IMG/VR virus record: IMGVR_UViG_3300047498_000060
Coordinates: 109,052 to 173,051 of that record
Strand: one strand, 5' to 3'
DNA length: 64,000 nt
Origin: a virus
Shown: positions 1-8,727 of the stretch, piece after piece
Layout of the letters: each line of letters begins with the position of its first letter
Position numbering within the stretch: position 1 is the first letter of the stretch
The notes under the pieces: model-generated
The model's database searches: none
Seen by the model: the letters and a program-made list of their open reading frames with translations, nothing else
Told to the model about the DNA's origin: nothing
Position numbers and translations under genes: made by a program

Positions 1-632
1 GGCTCGACCACGATCTCGTCGATGTTGTGGTTCGGGTCGGGGAAGCTGTCGACGTAGACTGGCGTGATGTCCTGCGTGTAGGAGACCGCACCAGAAGCGA
101 TGCGTCCCACCGCGAAGCCGAACGCCGCAAGCACCGCAGGGGCCGTGGCCGAAAGAACCTCGATCGTCTCGTACTGATCTGCTGCGACCGAGCGGATGCG
201 CCATGCCGAGGGCACCTGAGCGCCGTCGATGTCGATGAACTCGGTCACCTCCGCGACGTAGTTCGTGATGCTCGCCGCGCTGAGTGCGAGCTGGATCTGC
301 GCCACAACCTGCGACGGAGAAAGTGGAGTGCCCCCGAAGGTGATGTCGAGCTCAGGGCCGTTGCCGAGGGACAACGCTAGGACAAGACCAGCGAGGCCGG
401 CGTATACCGGGGGCGTCCCGACGCCAGGGTCCGAGAGGAGGATCGCCTGCAACGGGACCTGGGCCTCGGAGTTCACCACCTGGGCGCCGGCGGCGTTGGT
501 CGTGAGAACGTTGACCTCTTGGAAGCACGCACCCACGATGCACGGAACAAGCGTCGGCGTGATGACCGTGGGCGTGGTCGACGAAAATTGCTGTATAACT
601 TCAACGCCCGGTTGCGGGAGTGACGCTGCCAT
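1..632 (-). CDS. Putative tail sheath protein, N-terminal part (runs off window edge; not in ORF track)
   Basis: ATG at 632 with GAGGAG upstream; reads MAASLPQPGVEVIQQFSSTTPTVITPTLVPCIVG... open to the edge. PGVxV N-terminus is typical of contractile sheath proteins; it follows the neck/tail-completion genes. Confidence 0.65.
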   Translation of the reverse strand, partial: MAASLPQPGVEVIQQFSSTTPTVITPTLVPCIVGACFQEVNVLTTNAAGAQVVNSEAQVPLQAILLSDPGVGTPPVYAGLAGLVLALSLGNGPELDITFGGTPLSPSQVVAQIQLALSAASITNYVAEVTEFIDIDGAQVPSAWRIRSVAADQYETIEVLSATAPAVLAAFGFAVGRIASGAVSYTQDITPVYVDSFPDPNHNIDEIVVE

Positions 633-661
633 TAGGAGGCTCCTCTACACGTTCAGGTGGT

Positions 662-1633
662 TCATCGAATCCGCACGCGCTGTACCGGACTACGATTCGA
701 TTGTTCCACACACGGAGTGGCTAAGGGAATAGGACGCCCCCCTATGCTGGGAGGCCGAACCGCCGGTGCGTTTGCTCGAGAAGAACGTACGTAGACAGTC
801 TGCGCCGGGTTGCGTGGGTCCGGAACAACCATCGGTTGTGGCGCAGGAAGACCAGGCCGCGGCGTGCCGCCGTACACATCACTCGCAGCAGGAGCGAAGG
901 CAGGTGGGAACCGCGCGTCGAACTCATAGGGTAGTCCTCCGTTCGGAGCCATGAGCTGTTGGTCTCCGCCGTTCGGAGCTTGCTCTCGAATCGTGGCGAG
1001 ACGCTGTCTCAGCGTGAGCTGGATCCCCTGGACGATGCGCCGGTTGAGTGGGCTGACCTGTGATGTGCGGTAGAACTGAAAGGGGCATGAGACAGGCGTC
1101 GCGTACCACTCGTCCGCAGAGTCCCCGCTCACGAGTGCGCCGGCAGAAGAGACCGCTCCGACGATGGGCTGACGCCCAATTTCAAAGAAGCCCTCTGCCA
1201 TCAGCATCTCGCGGTGAAGCCAGAGCTGCTCCGCTGCAACCCACGCGAGGTTCGTGGCTTCTGTGGGTACGCGCGAGCACACGTTGATCGTCATCGTGCC
1301 AGGCACGAGCACCGACTTCTTCTTGGTTCCAGTGCGCGCGTCGTAGTTGAGCATGTCGTCGAGGCCGAGCGTGTAGAACTGCACGGGGCCACGAGTGAAG
1401 GACATGCCAGGACGCGTCCCCATGGACGTGTCCTTGAGCGGGTTCTCGCCCGAGATGTAGATCTCGGTGAGGTCGTCGTCTTCCGACCAGTGATACATCC
1501 CCGGCGGGGAGTAGCTGAAGAGTCCCTGGTAGAACGCGATGTACAACGAGCTGACATGCTCGAGAGGAGAGTACTTGAAGCTATCCTCGGGGAACGCTCC
1601 CGCTGCCGTGGTGCTGGGGATTCTTGCCGCCAC
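662..1633 (-). CDS. Putative tail completion/terminator-like virion protein, Pro-rich C-terminus
   Basis: 323-aa ORF, GTG start with GGAGG RBS; lies immediately upstream of the sheath gene; function inferred from position only. Confidence 0.45.
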   Translation of the reverse strand: MAARIPSTTAAGAFPEDSFKYSPLEHVSSLYIAFYQGLFSYSPPGMYHWSEDDDLTEIYISGENPLKDTSMGTRPGMSFTRGPVQFYTLGLDDMLNYDARTGTKKKSVLVPGTMTINVCSRVPTEATNLAWVAAEQLWLHREMLMAEGFFEIGRQPIVGAVSSAGALVSGDSADEWYATPVSCPFQFYRTSQVSPLNRRIVQGIQLTLRQRLATIREQAPNGGDQQLMAPNGGLPYEFDARFPPAFAPAASDVYGGTPRPGLPAPQPMVVPDPRNPAQTVYVRSSRANAPAVRPPSIGGRPIPLATPCVEQSNRSPVQRVRIR

Positions 1634-1934
1634 TGTTCAGACCCTCCTGCTCGCTCTCCTGCGCGCTGCGATACATGGATGCTAGCAGAGCACCGGCCAC
1701 AGGGGCTGCAGCGGCCAGATAGCCGCCGGGAATCTTCTGACCCTTGTTGAAGTGCGAGTAGATCTTGTCGGCCATCGCGCCGCCGAGCATGCCCGCGCCT
1801 GTGCCTGCGGCGAATGTCGCGGCCGTGGGAACAACTCTGCGCAGATGAACGCGCCAGTCGACCTTGTCCTCTGCGGTCTTGAAGAACTCGACGGCTTCTT
1901 CGTAATGCTGCGAGCTGAACATCGAGACACTCAC
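1581..1934 (-). CDS. Small KTA-motif protein with glycine-zipper hydrophobic segments
   Basis: GTG at 1934 with AAGGAGG RBS, overlapping the upstream stop (GTGA); FFKTAEDK then AAGTGAGMLGGAM and LAAAAPVAGALLA. Confidence 0.6.
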   Translation of the reverse strand: MSVSMFSSQHYEEAVEFFKTAEDKVDWRVHLRRVVPTAATFAAGTGAGMLGGAMADKIYSHFNKGQKIPGGYLAAAAPVAGALLASMYRSAQESEQEGLNSGGKNPQHHGSGSVPRG

Positions 1935-2830
1935 GAGTTCCTCCTTGTGCTGGGATAGAGCTCGAAAACAGCGGGGAGCTTCTCCTCCATGAAATTCTCG
2001 AGTGTGGTGGGGTTGCTGTAGTTCCTCGAGGGGCTGAGCCACAGGTCGCGCAGCGGGATGCCGAGGTCGAGGGGGATGGAGAACTCCAGGTCACGTGGCG
2101 GAATCTCGTGGAGACCCACCTCCTGGTGGATGCCTGCGCGTCCCTTCTCCGTCTGGGTGACCGTGGTGACGCGCCAGCGCCGGTTCTCTCCCTCGATGAC
2201 GAGGTCACGCGGCTTGAGCGGCGGGAACCACGGCATGCGCATCGTCGTATTCGACTGCTGCTGCGCGCCGACGTTGGTGTTCTGTTCCGACTTCGGAGAA
2301 GGATCGATCTGCATCCAACTCTCGACGGGAGACATGTAGCCGCGCACGTAGGTCGTACCCCAGCAGGTCTTGCATCCGGAGCGGCTCGCCTGGCGCGTGT
2401 TGGGGTTCCAACACGAGCAGCGTTGCCCGAAGGTGCGCACCGGAAGAACCCAGCACCGCCGGCCTGCGAACTCTCGGAAGAGAAGTGCGTTGTGCCGACG
2501 GAGCTCGAGTGCGATGAGGTCCGGGTCAGGGTCCTTGCTCACCGGACCGAACGTCTGGCAATCCCCGCTCGGCACGTGCTTCACCAGCAGCTGGTAGAAG
2601 TACTTCCGCCAGCGGTGCCCGGTGTGAATCGTGTTGTCGATGAAGCGGTAGCCGTCCGTGAAGGGGATGTCGAGATTGTCCCACGGACCGGTGCCAGACT
2701 CGCTGCGCTGCACTTGGACGGTGTAGTCGAGCACGTCCTCAGACGTGTCCTCGAGCTCCCACGTCACCTCGTTGAAGTCGCAGTCTAGCGACCTCACACG
2801 GATGTGGCGAAACTCGAGGAGCACCGGCAT
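1931..2830 (-). CDS. Putative neck/head-closure protein with Zn-binding Cys motif
   Basis: Likely start MPVLLEF at 2830; FN3-like N-terminus; RCSC...GCKTCWGT; PRDLVIEGENRRWRV resembles head-tail joining proteins. Confidence 0.5.
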   Translation of the reverse strand: MPVLLEFRHIRVRSLDCDFNEVTWELEDTSEDVLDYTVQVQRSESGTGPWDNLDIPFTDGYRFIDNTIHTGHRWRKYFYQLLVKHVPSGDCQTFGPVSKDPDPDLIALELRRHNALLFREFAGRRCWVLPVRTFGQRCSCWNPNTRQASRSGCKTCWGTTYVRGYMSPVESWMQIDPSPKSEQNTNVGAQQQSNTTMRMPWFPPLKPRDLVIEGENRRWRVTTVTQTEKGRAGIHQEVGLHEIPPRDLEFSIPLDLGIPLRDLWLSPSRNYSNPTTLENFMEEKLPAVFELYPSTRRNS

Positions 2831-2831
2831 G

Positions 2832-3314
2832 TCAGGCTCGCGTAGCTGCGTCCGCTGAGATGCGTCCGGGAGCGGGCATGTACTTGTCGAGTGCGCCGCC
2901 CAGGCCCATCTTGCTGTGCTCCGGAACACTCCATCCGAGCAGCTTCACGGCGGCTCCAGGAGCTATCGGCTGCTGCCCCTTCGGCAAACCCGCACCGCTC
3001 ACGAGGGGATGCGCAAGGATGCGTTGCTGCGCCTCCTCGGGGAGACGCTGGAACGCGGCATGGTCTTCATTCCCCGCGATCATCGAGATGTTCTGCGGAC
3101 GTTGCTGCGGCCGTACTGCCGATGTCACCGGGTTCGATGCAGCAGGCGCGCCGCCGTGAGCTGCCGGGGCGATACCTCCGGGAGAGGCCATCGTCGGGGC
3201 GAACGCCGCCGGCGACGCTCCTTGCGCACGAAGGGCACCAGACGCGGTTGGCTGCTTGAGTGTGGGCGTTCGTGGCCCCGAAGCGAGCGCGCCCGGAGCC
3301 CCTACGCTTTTGGG
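2832..3314 (-). CDS. Open frame, probably the -1 frameshift extension of 3302..4570 (ORF track calls 2832..3191)
   Basis: Frame is open from the CCCAAAA heptamer (3314..3308) to TGA at 2832, 1 nt before the next ATG; the internal ATG at 3191 has no RBS. Confidence 0.55.
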   Translation of the reverse strand, partial: PKSVGAPGALASGPRTPTLKQPTASGALRAQGASPAAFAPTMASPGGIAPAAHGGAPAASNPVTSAVRPQQRPQNISMIAGNEDHAAFQRLPEEAQQRILAHPLVSGAGLPKGQQPIAPGAAVKLLGWSVPEHSKMGLGGALDKYMPAPGRISADAATRA

Positions 3315-4570
3315 CTAGGGGTACCTCCAGCGCCACCGACGAGACCCATCACCCGCTGCTTGATGCCGCTCGCCGATGCGCCCGCGGCCTGGCCGAGCGA
3401 GGCTCCGGGGTTGGCGGCCATGTGCGTCTGCATCCCGCGGCCGAGGTGACCTGCGGCCCCGCCGAGACCAGCTCCGCCGAGAGCTCCCTCGAGACGGTTG
3501 TCCGGTCCTCCGGCGAGTGCGCCGCCAGCGGCGCCGATGGCTGCACCCGCAAGCTCGGGGTGAGCCCTCGCTGCACCCAGTGCCTTGGTGGCCATCCCCC
3601 CGACGGCCTTCATGTCGAACGCGGTCTTCTCCGCGCACGCGAGGATGCGCCCCATGCGGTCAGCCATCGCAAGGTGCTGCGCATCTTCGGCGTGCTTCGG
3701 TTTGCTCTTTCCGAGCTCGCCCAGCAGACCCGGTGTACCGCCCTCCTCGTGAGACGACGGCGTGAGCATCCCACCCAGCGGGTTCCATGCGTTGCTGCCC
3801 CCCTCATGCTTCTTCGCGGCGTATTCGTGATGGCGCGCATTGATGTCGGGTCGCTGTTGGTTTTCGTCGATGATGCCAAAGCGAAGCTTGTCGAGCAGGC
3901 TGCTTTTGGCAGCGCCTCGATGGGGCAATGCGCCGTAGTTCTGCGAGTGTTCCGCCCGCTCCGCGTCTTGGCGTGCCATGAGACGATACATCTCAGCGTC
4001 GAACTTGTGGCCCTTCTCGGTCACCGCGAAGCCCATCTTTGCAACCCCTCCACCGAGACCGCCCGAGCTGTCCTGCACGCCCTCTGCGGGGACAGGACCA
4101 GGAGCTCCGGCACCTTGGGTGGTGTCACCCATCGGCTCCGCGGCCGGAACAGCGGCGGGTGCCCCACCCTGCTGCTTGGCAAGCTCGAGCTCGAGGAGAC
4201 GCTTGCGGACGCGGAGCCTATCCTTCGCGTCCCAGACGGTGTCTTCGCTCTGACGCATCGCGCGGCTCTCCTGCTTTTTCTGGAGGTCGAGCATCTCCGC
4301 CTGGAGACCCTCCTGCTCAAGGGCGACAGCCTGGTCGAAGAGCGGCGTCCCCTTGAAACGGTCGAGGAAGTCACCGTCCGGGCCGTAGTCGCTCGCCGTC
4401 TTCGTCAGCGGCTTGCGATCGAGGTGGCCGTAGAGCTCGGAGATGGGCATCCCCGAGGCAATCTTCTCGACCTCCCAGTCCGGCAGACCATCGAGTAGAC
4501 CGATGACCTCAAACATGGCCTGCTGCCGTCCCATCTTCTCGTACTTGCTCTCGAGGAACTCTTCAAACAC
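3302..4570 (-). CDS. KxA-motif virion (internal head) protein with coiled coil and glycine zippers
   Basis: 422 aa; EKIAS, TKTAS, AKMGF, EKTAF; AGAAIGAAGGALAGG and GALGGAGLGGAAG zippers. Confidence 0.7.
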   Translation of the reverse strand: MFEEFLESKYEKMGRQQAMFEVIGLLDGLPDWEVEKIASGMPISELYGHLDRKPLTKTASDYGPDGDFLDRFKGTPLFDQAVALEQEGLQAEMLDLQKKQESRAMRQSEDTVWDAKDRLRVRKRLLELELAKQQGGAPAAVPAAEPMGDTTQGAGAPGPVPAEGVQDSSGGLGGGVAKMGFAVTEKGHKFDAEMYRLMARQDAERAEHSQNYGALPHRGAAKSSLLDKLRFGIIDENQQRPDINARHHEYAAKKHEGGSNAWNPLGGMLTPSSHEEGGTPGLLGELGKSKPKHAEDAQHLAMADRMGRILACAEKTAFDMKAVGGMATKALGAARAHPELAGAAIGAAGGALAGGPDNRLEGALGGAGLGGAAGHLGRGMQTHMAANPGASLGQAAGASASGIKQRVMGLVGGAGGTPSPKA

Positions 4571-4579
4571 AGCGGCCTC

Positions 4580-6544
4580 CTACTTCTTCTTCGCGGCAGC
4601 CTGGGCTGCACGCAGGGATCGAACGTCCTCACGGACCTTGATGATGTTGCCCTTCATCTTCGGTCCAACGAACCCGCCAGCCATGCCGCCGGCGGCTGCG
4701 CTCATGGCGGTAAACTTGCCGGGGTTCTTCTTCGCGTAATCGTCCGTCGCGAGCTGGGCCTTTGCAGCCCCCAGACGTCGGGACTCGGAGAAGCTCTTGT
4801 CCTTCTTGCCGTCGAGCTCCTTCTCGAGGTTCTTCACGTGCGAGACGTCACGCTTCGTCTCGTAGCGTCCGGCGCCGGCACCTAGGGCGGCTCCTGCTGC
4901 GGCACTTGGGCCATGCTTCCTCACGGCCGGACCGTGCTTCTTCCACGCAGCTTGGCCGTGCCCCTTCAACGCGCGCACCGCGTTGGTCATCTTCGCCTTC
5001 GCAGATCCGACCTTCTGCTGGTCCTTCTGACCAACAGCCGTGGCAGGTTGCGCCGCGTCCATCATCGGCTTACTTGCTGCGATACCGTCCGCACCAGGAA
5101 CGGTGGCGTCTCCCTCGGGAGCAGGAGAGCCTGGCGGAGTGCCGGGGGAGGGAGCCTGCCCCGCAGGACCTGCGGTCGGTGCGGGGGCGCCGGTCTCGGC
5201 TGCGCCGGGGGCTGCGGGGGCAGCTCCAGTGCTTGCTGCCGACATGGCCGCCTGATCCGGGCTCATCGACGGCGGGTCGCTCGAGACTGTGTTGAGGATC
5301 TGCCCGCGGAGTTGCTGGTAGGCCATCCGCATGGCGGCGGCACCCTGCTGCTCTTTGAGCACCTGGTCGCTCGCCATCATCGCCTTCTGCGTGGAGTCGG
5401 CGACCTGGGCCTGGATCTGCGAAAGCTCCTGCTCGTGCATCGCCTGCGACTGCTGGAGCTGCTGCGCTTCTTGTTGCGCGGCCTCGAGCTGCTCCTTCGC
5501 CTGGGCTAGCTGCTGCTGGTAGAACTGCACCGCGCTCGCGTCGGTCGCCTGGTTCAGCTCCTGCTGCGTGGTGAGGTACTGCTGGGTGGCCTGGTCGACC
5601 GCCGGCGTGACAGGGGTCGGCTTGGCTGGAGGCTGATCGAGGGCCTGCACCGCTTGCTGTGGGTCGACCGGCGACGACGGGCCCATCCCCATGCCTGCGT
5701 TCTGGACCTCCTCGAAGGCACGCTTCAACGCAGCCCCGAGCTTCTGCTGCTTCGTCTTGTTCATCTCGTGCACCCCGTACGCGAGACCCCCAATCCCTCC
5801 CAGCGCACCCACGGCGAGATTGCCTGTGCGGTGGCTCCTCGCCATGGCGCCCTCCGCTGCTGCGATCACTGGATCTACTGGAAATGCAGTCTTGGCGTGG
5901 CGATCCATCACCGCACCGACCTCACGTCCCGTCTTGCCGGCGATGTGGTGGCCGACCGCGGCACCCGCGATCGTGGCCAGGGGGTTGCCCTTCCCGTACC
6001 GGTGGGAGGCGTAGCCCCCTAGCGCAGCGCCGGTGATGCTGCCCATCAGGCCCCCGCCGTGCTCACGCTTGTGGGCCTCGGCCTTCTCCTTCTCGGCGGA
6101 GAGGGACGCTCGCGCGCGCTCCTTGCCGACCTCCTCGGGGGTCTTGTCCGAGGCTGCGTGCTTCTTCTGCGCGGGCGCGGAGAGTCCACGCTTCCGCCAC
6201 TCTGCGTAGAAGGACTCGGTGTCCTTCTCGTTGAGATGTGGGGTGGGCCAGCTCTCCGCCATGCTCTTCGCGTCACTGTCGTTCAGACCGATGGCCTTGA
6301 AGTGCGCGGGCGTGGGCCTGAACGCTGCCTGCTTGATGGTGTTCTGCCCCATCGCCGTGCTGGGCAGAGTGACCGGGGCGGGTGCCGGCATCTGTTGCCC
6401 GTTGGCCGTGGGGGGAAGAGTCGGCGCAGCCATCCCGCCGGCGGTCGCCAGCTTGGGTCGATCATAACCGAGGAGCCGGACGTGGAAGGCGGCTGCGTCC
6501 GCGAGGGGCAGCCCGTTGAGCAATGCGTTCTCGAAGTCGTTCAT
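4580..6544 (-). CDS. KxA-motif virion protein with glycine zippers and Q-rich coiled coil
   Basis: 654 aa; PKLAT, IKQAA, KKHAA, AKTAF, QKLGA, QKVGS; several GxxxG segments; long Q/E/A heptad region. Confidence 0.7.
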   Translation of the reverse strand: MNDFENALLNGLPLADAAAFHVRLLGYDRPKLATAGGMAAPTLPPTANGQQMPAPAPVTLPSTAMGQNTIKQAAFRPTPAHFKAIGLNDSDAKSMAESWPTPHLNEKDTESFYAEWRKRGLSAPAQKKHAASDKTPEEVGKERARASLSAEKEKAEAHKREHGGGLMGSITGAALGGYASHRYGKGNPLATIAGAAVGHHIAGKTGREVGAVMDRHAKTAFPVDPVIAAAEGAMARSHRTGNLAVGALGGIGGLAYGVHEMNKTKQQKLGAALKRAFEEVQNAGMGMGPSSPVDPQQAVQALDQPPAKPTPVTPAVDQATQQYLTTQQELNQATDASAVQFYQQQLAQAKEQLEAAQQEAQQLQQSQAMHEQELSQIQAQVADSTQKAMMASDQVLKEQQGAAAMRMAYQQLRGQILNTVSSDPPSMSPDQAAMSAASTGAAPAAPGAAETGAPAPTAGPAGQAPSPGTPPGSPAPEGDATVPGADGIAASKPMMDAAQPATAVGQKDQQKVGSAKAKMTNAVRALKGHGQAAWKKHGPAVRKHGPSAAAGAALGAGAGRYETKRDVSHVKNLEKELDGKKDKSFSESRRLGAAKAQLATDDYAKKNPGKFTAMSAAAGGMAGGFVGPKMKGNIIKVREDVRSLRAAQAAAKKK

Positions 6545-6547
6545 CGC

Positions 6548-7102
6548 TCACTCCCAGGTGAAAATGACCAGTGACCCGTTGTTGTCCGTGTCCGACCAGG
6601 TCCAGCACGGAGCTGTCGGAGAGACCTCAACGGGCTTGTACAGCTTGCCCACCGAGCTGTTGTTCCCGTCGAAGCCGAGGGCCACGTTCGCGCTGTTGGC
6701 TGCGCCCGCGCCTCCCTGCACCGTGACGCCGTTTGTTGGCGTCGTCTCGATGATCTGGATGTATCCCGCCGACATGGAGACGACGACCCCAGCGATAGCC
6801 GCCTCGATCTGCGCCTTCACGTCCTTGAGAAGCAGGTTGTACGGGTCCGGGTTCGTACCCGGAGCGACCGAGCTTCCGCTCCCCACGTTAGCTGCGACGA
6901 AGGTGACCGTGCCTGCAGGCCCTGGTGCGACGAGCGTGAGCGTCTTGCCTACGAGGCCAGGGAAGCCCGGAGTGTTGGGCGTGTGTGCAAACCCACCTCC
7001 TGCGTTGGCTCCGATGCGGCCGTTGTTGCCGAAGACCGCTCCATTCAGGAACGCGGTCAACACGTCGATTGTCGGGAACTTGTAGACCGCGTTCTTTGCC
7101 AT
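6548..7102 (-). CDS. Putative virion structural protein (Gly/Val/Thr-rich, beta-type)
   Basis: 184-aa ORF in the structural operon with coding-like GC3 bias. Confidence 0.55.
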   Translation of the reverse strand: MAKNAVYKFPTIDVLTAFLNGAVFGNNGRIGANAGGGFAHTPNTPGFPGLVGKTLTLVAPGPAGTVTFVAANVGSGSSVAPGTNPDPYNLLLKDVKAQIEAAIAGVVVSMSAGYIQIIETTPTNGVTVQGGAGAANSANVALGFDGNNSSVGKLYKPVEVSPTAPCWTWSDTDNNGSLVIFTWE

Positions 7103-7130
7103 GATGGAGTCGTTCTTTCGGCGCGTAGCT

Positions 7131-7158
7131 AAAAGACTGAGGAGGGTGACCTCAGTCT
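7131..7158 (-). terminator. Intrinsic terminator after the HNH gene
   Basis: Minus strand AGACTGAGG-TCACCCT-CCTCAGTCT followed by TTT. Confidence 0.6.
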
Positions 7159-7164
7159 ACAGGT

Positions 7165-8139
7165 TCAGTGCACAACAGGAGAAGCCAAAGGAACAGGCAC
7201 CACGTTGTGCGAGTCGCAATCTGCACACTGGAATGCGCCGCCCTTGCCGTGCTTGCCCTGGCGGAGCTGAAGATTGGAGATGTCGTTGTTCTCTTTGTCC
7301 TGTGGGTTGACGTGGTGGACAGTCTCGCTGTCCGTGAGTGGGCGTCCGAGATGGCGTGCCATCACGAGGCGGTGCTCGAAGACATAGTGAGCCCCATCGG
7401 ACCGCGTCACGCCCATGCAGTAGTACGGATCCTCTGGATACACGCGCACCATGATGTATCCGCGCGACTTGCAGCGGCCACCCTTCCAGTTCGGCGACGC
7501 CGCACCGACGCGTGTGTTAGCCGCACGAAGCACGAGACCAGCACGATGCAGATGCTTTGTGGCCGTAGAGATCCCCACACCAAATGCCGCGGCTACCTGC
7601 GGCACTGTCGATCCTGCTTGATACATCGCTACCATCTTATCTGGCATGTCACCTGTGACCTTGGGCGGTGAACCACGGTGACCGCGTCGAAGACCGAGCC
7701 GCTTCAACCCGATGCGCACAGCATTCACCGGGATCTGTAGAGAGTTAGAGATGCTCACCGAAGTACTTCCTGCGCGGAAACAGTCAGCGATGGTGAGAAG
7801 CTGCGCCTCGGTCAGAACAACAGCCGTTGCAGCTACTCCGGGCGCGTACGCTTTCTCGCGCAGAAGGGCCTGCCGGACGCAGTCCTTGGACACCCTCAAT
7901 GTCTCAGCAATACCGCGCAGTGTCTGTCCCTCACCGTGGAGACGTATGACTTCGTCCGTGACCTTCTGGTCTGGACGCGAACCACGCACCATCTGGACGC
8001 CCGCACGGCGGAGGGTGTTGCGAATGGTCTGCGGGTTCACGTGCAACACCGCGGCGATGTCTTCGGCGATCTTGCCTTCAGCGTACATCGCGATCACGGT
8101 CTTCTCTTCCTCAGGGCCAATCTTCCTTGCGTACGGCAT
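7165..8139 (-). CDS. HNH homing endonuclease with ~4 tandem N-terminal HTH repeats
   Basis: Start MPYARK with GAGGAG RBS; repeated HTH units (e.g. IAMYAEGKIAEDIAAVLHV); C-terminal NWKGG...GY...EHRLVMARHLGRPL..ETVHHVN..KENNDISNL. Confidence 0.85.
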   Translation of the reverse strand: MPYARKIGPEEEKTVIAMYAEGKIAEDIAAVLHVNPQTIRNTLRRAGVQMVRGSRPDQKVTDEVIRLHGEGQTLRGIAETLRVSKDCVRQALLREKAYAPGVAATAVVLTEAQLLTIADCFRAGSTSVSISNSLQIPVNAVRIGLKRLGLRRGHRGSPPKVTGDMPDKMVAMYQAGSTVPQVAAAFGVGISTATKHLHRAGLVLRAANTRVGAASPNWKGGRCKSRGYIMVRVYPEDPYYCMGVTRSDGAHYVFEHRLVMARHLGRPLTDSETVHHVNPQDKENNDISNLQLRQGKHGKGGAFQCADCDSHNVVPVPLASPVVH

Positions 8140-8208
8140 GTGTTTTCTCCTCAAGTTCCTTGTACCCGAACCCAGAGGATACTGCACTAAAGAAGACAGT
8201 CAAGGGAG

Positions 8209-8718
8209 TTAGTAAGCTGCGTAGGTGGCATTGACGCTCCAAAGTTCGCTGTGAACTCCGGACTGACTCGGTCCGAGGATGCCCTCGATGTTGAGTGCCA
8301 CTTTGACACGTTGTTTTTGTTGTGTCGTGAATGCTTTATAATATTGTAACCAATTCAGTAACAAGGGGGTTTTATCGTTGACCCCTACATTTGTTCCACC
8401 ATCACTGTAATTTATGTGATTGCGCGTCTGCAGGAGACCGACGCTCTCGATGACCGAGCACACCGTCATGCGCAGGAGGAGGTACTGCTGGTTGCGCTGC
8501 AGCAGGTCCTCGAGCGTGTAGTTGGTGAGGTGCGGCGTGCCATTGAAGTCGCTGAGCGCATCAAGCGCTGCCCATGCGATCATGCGGTCGCTGGTCTCCT
8601 CCCCGGAGACGATGCGATTGAGCTCCTCGAAGTCCCGCATGTAGAGCCGGACCATCTGAACGAAGTCCTGGAAGCACTGACTCATCCACGGAACACCTTG
8701 TAGTCTGGGCAGCGACAT
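8209..8718 (-). CDS. Putative head-tail connector/neck protein
   Basis: 169 aa, two genes downstream of the capsid; helical, VRLYMRD...ALSDFNGTP...NYSDGG; positional inference. Confidence 0.5.
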   Translation of the reverse strand: MSLPRLQGVPWMSQCFQDFVQMVRLYMRDFEELNRIVSGEETSDRMIAWAALDALSDFNGTPHLTNYTLEDLLQRNQQYLLLRMTVCSVIESVGLLQTRNHINYSDGGTNVGVNDKTPLLLNWLQYYKAFTTQQKQRVKVALNIEGILGPSQSGVHSELWSVNATYAAY

Positions 8719-8727
8719 GACGCACTC

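Noticed and set aside
7126-7140. GCTAAAAGAC as a plus-strand promoter motif
   Set aside because: Explained by the U-tract of the minus-strand terminator; no credible plus-strand gene follows.
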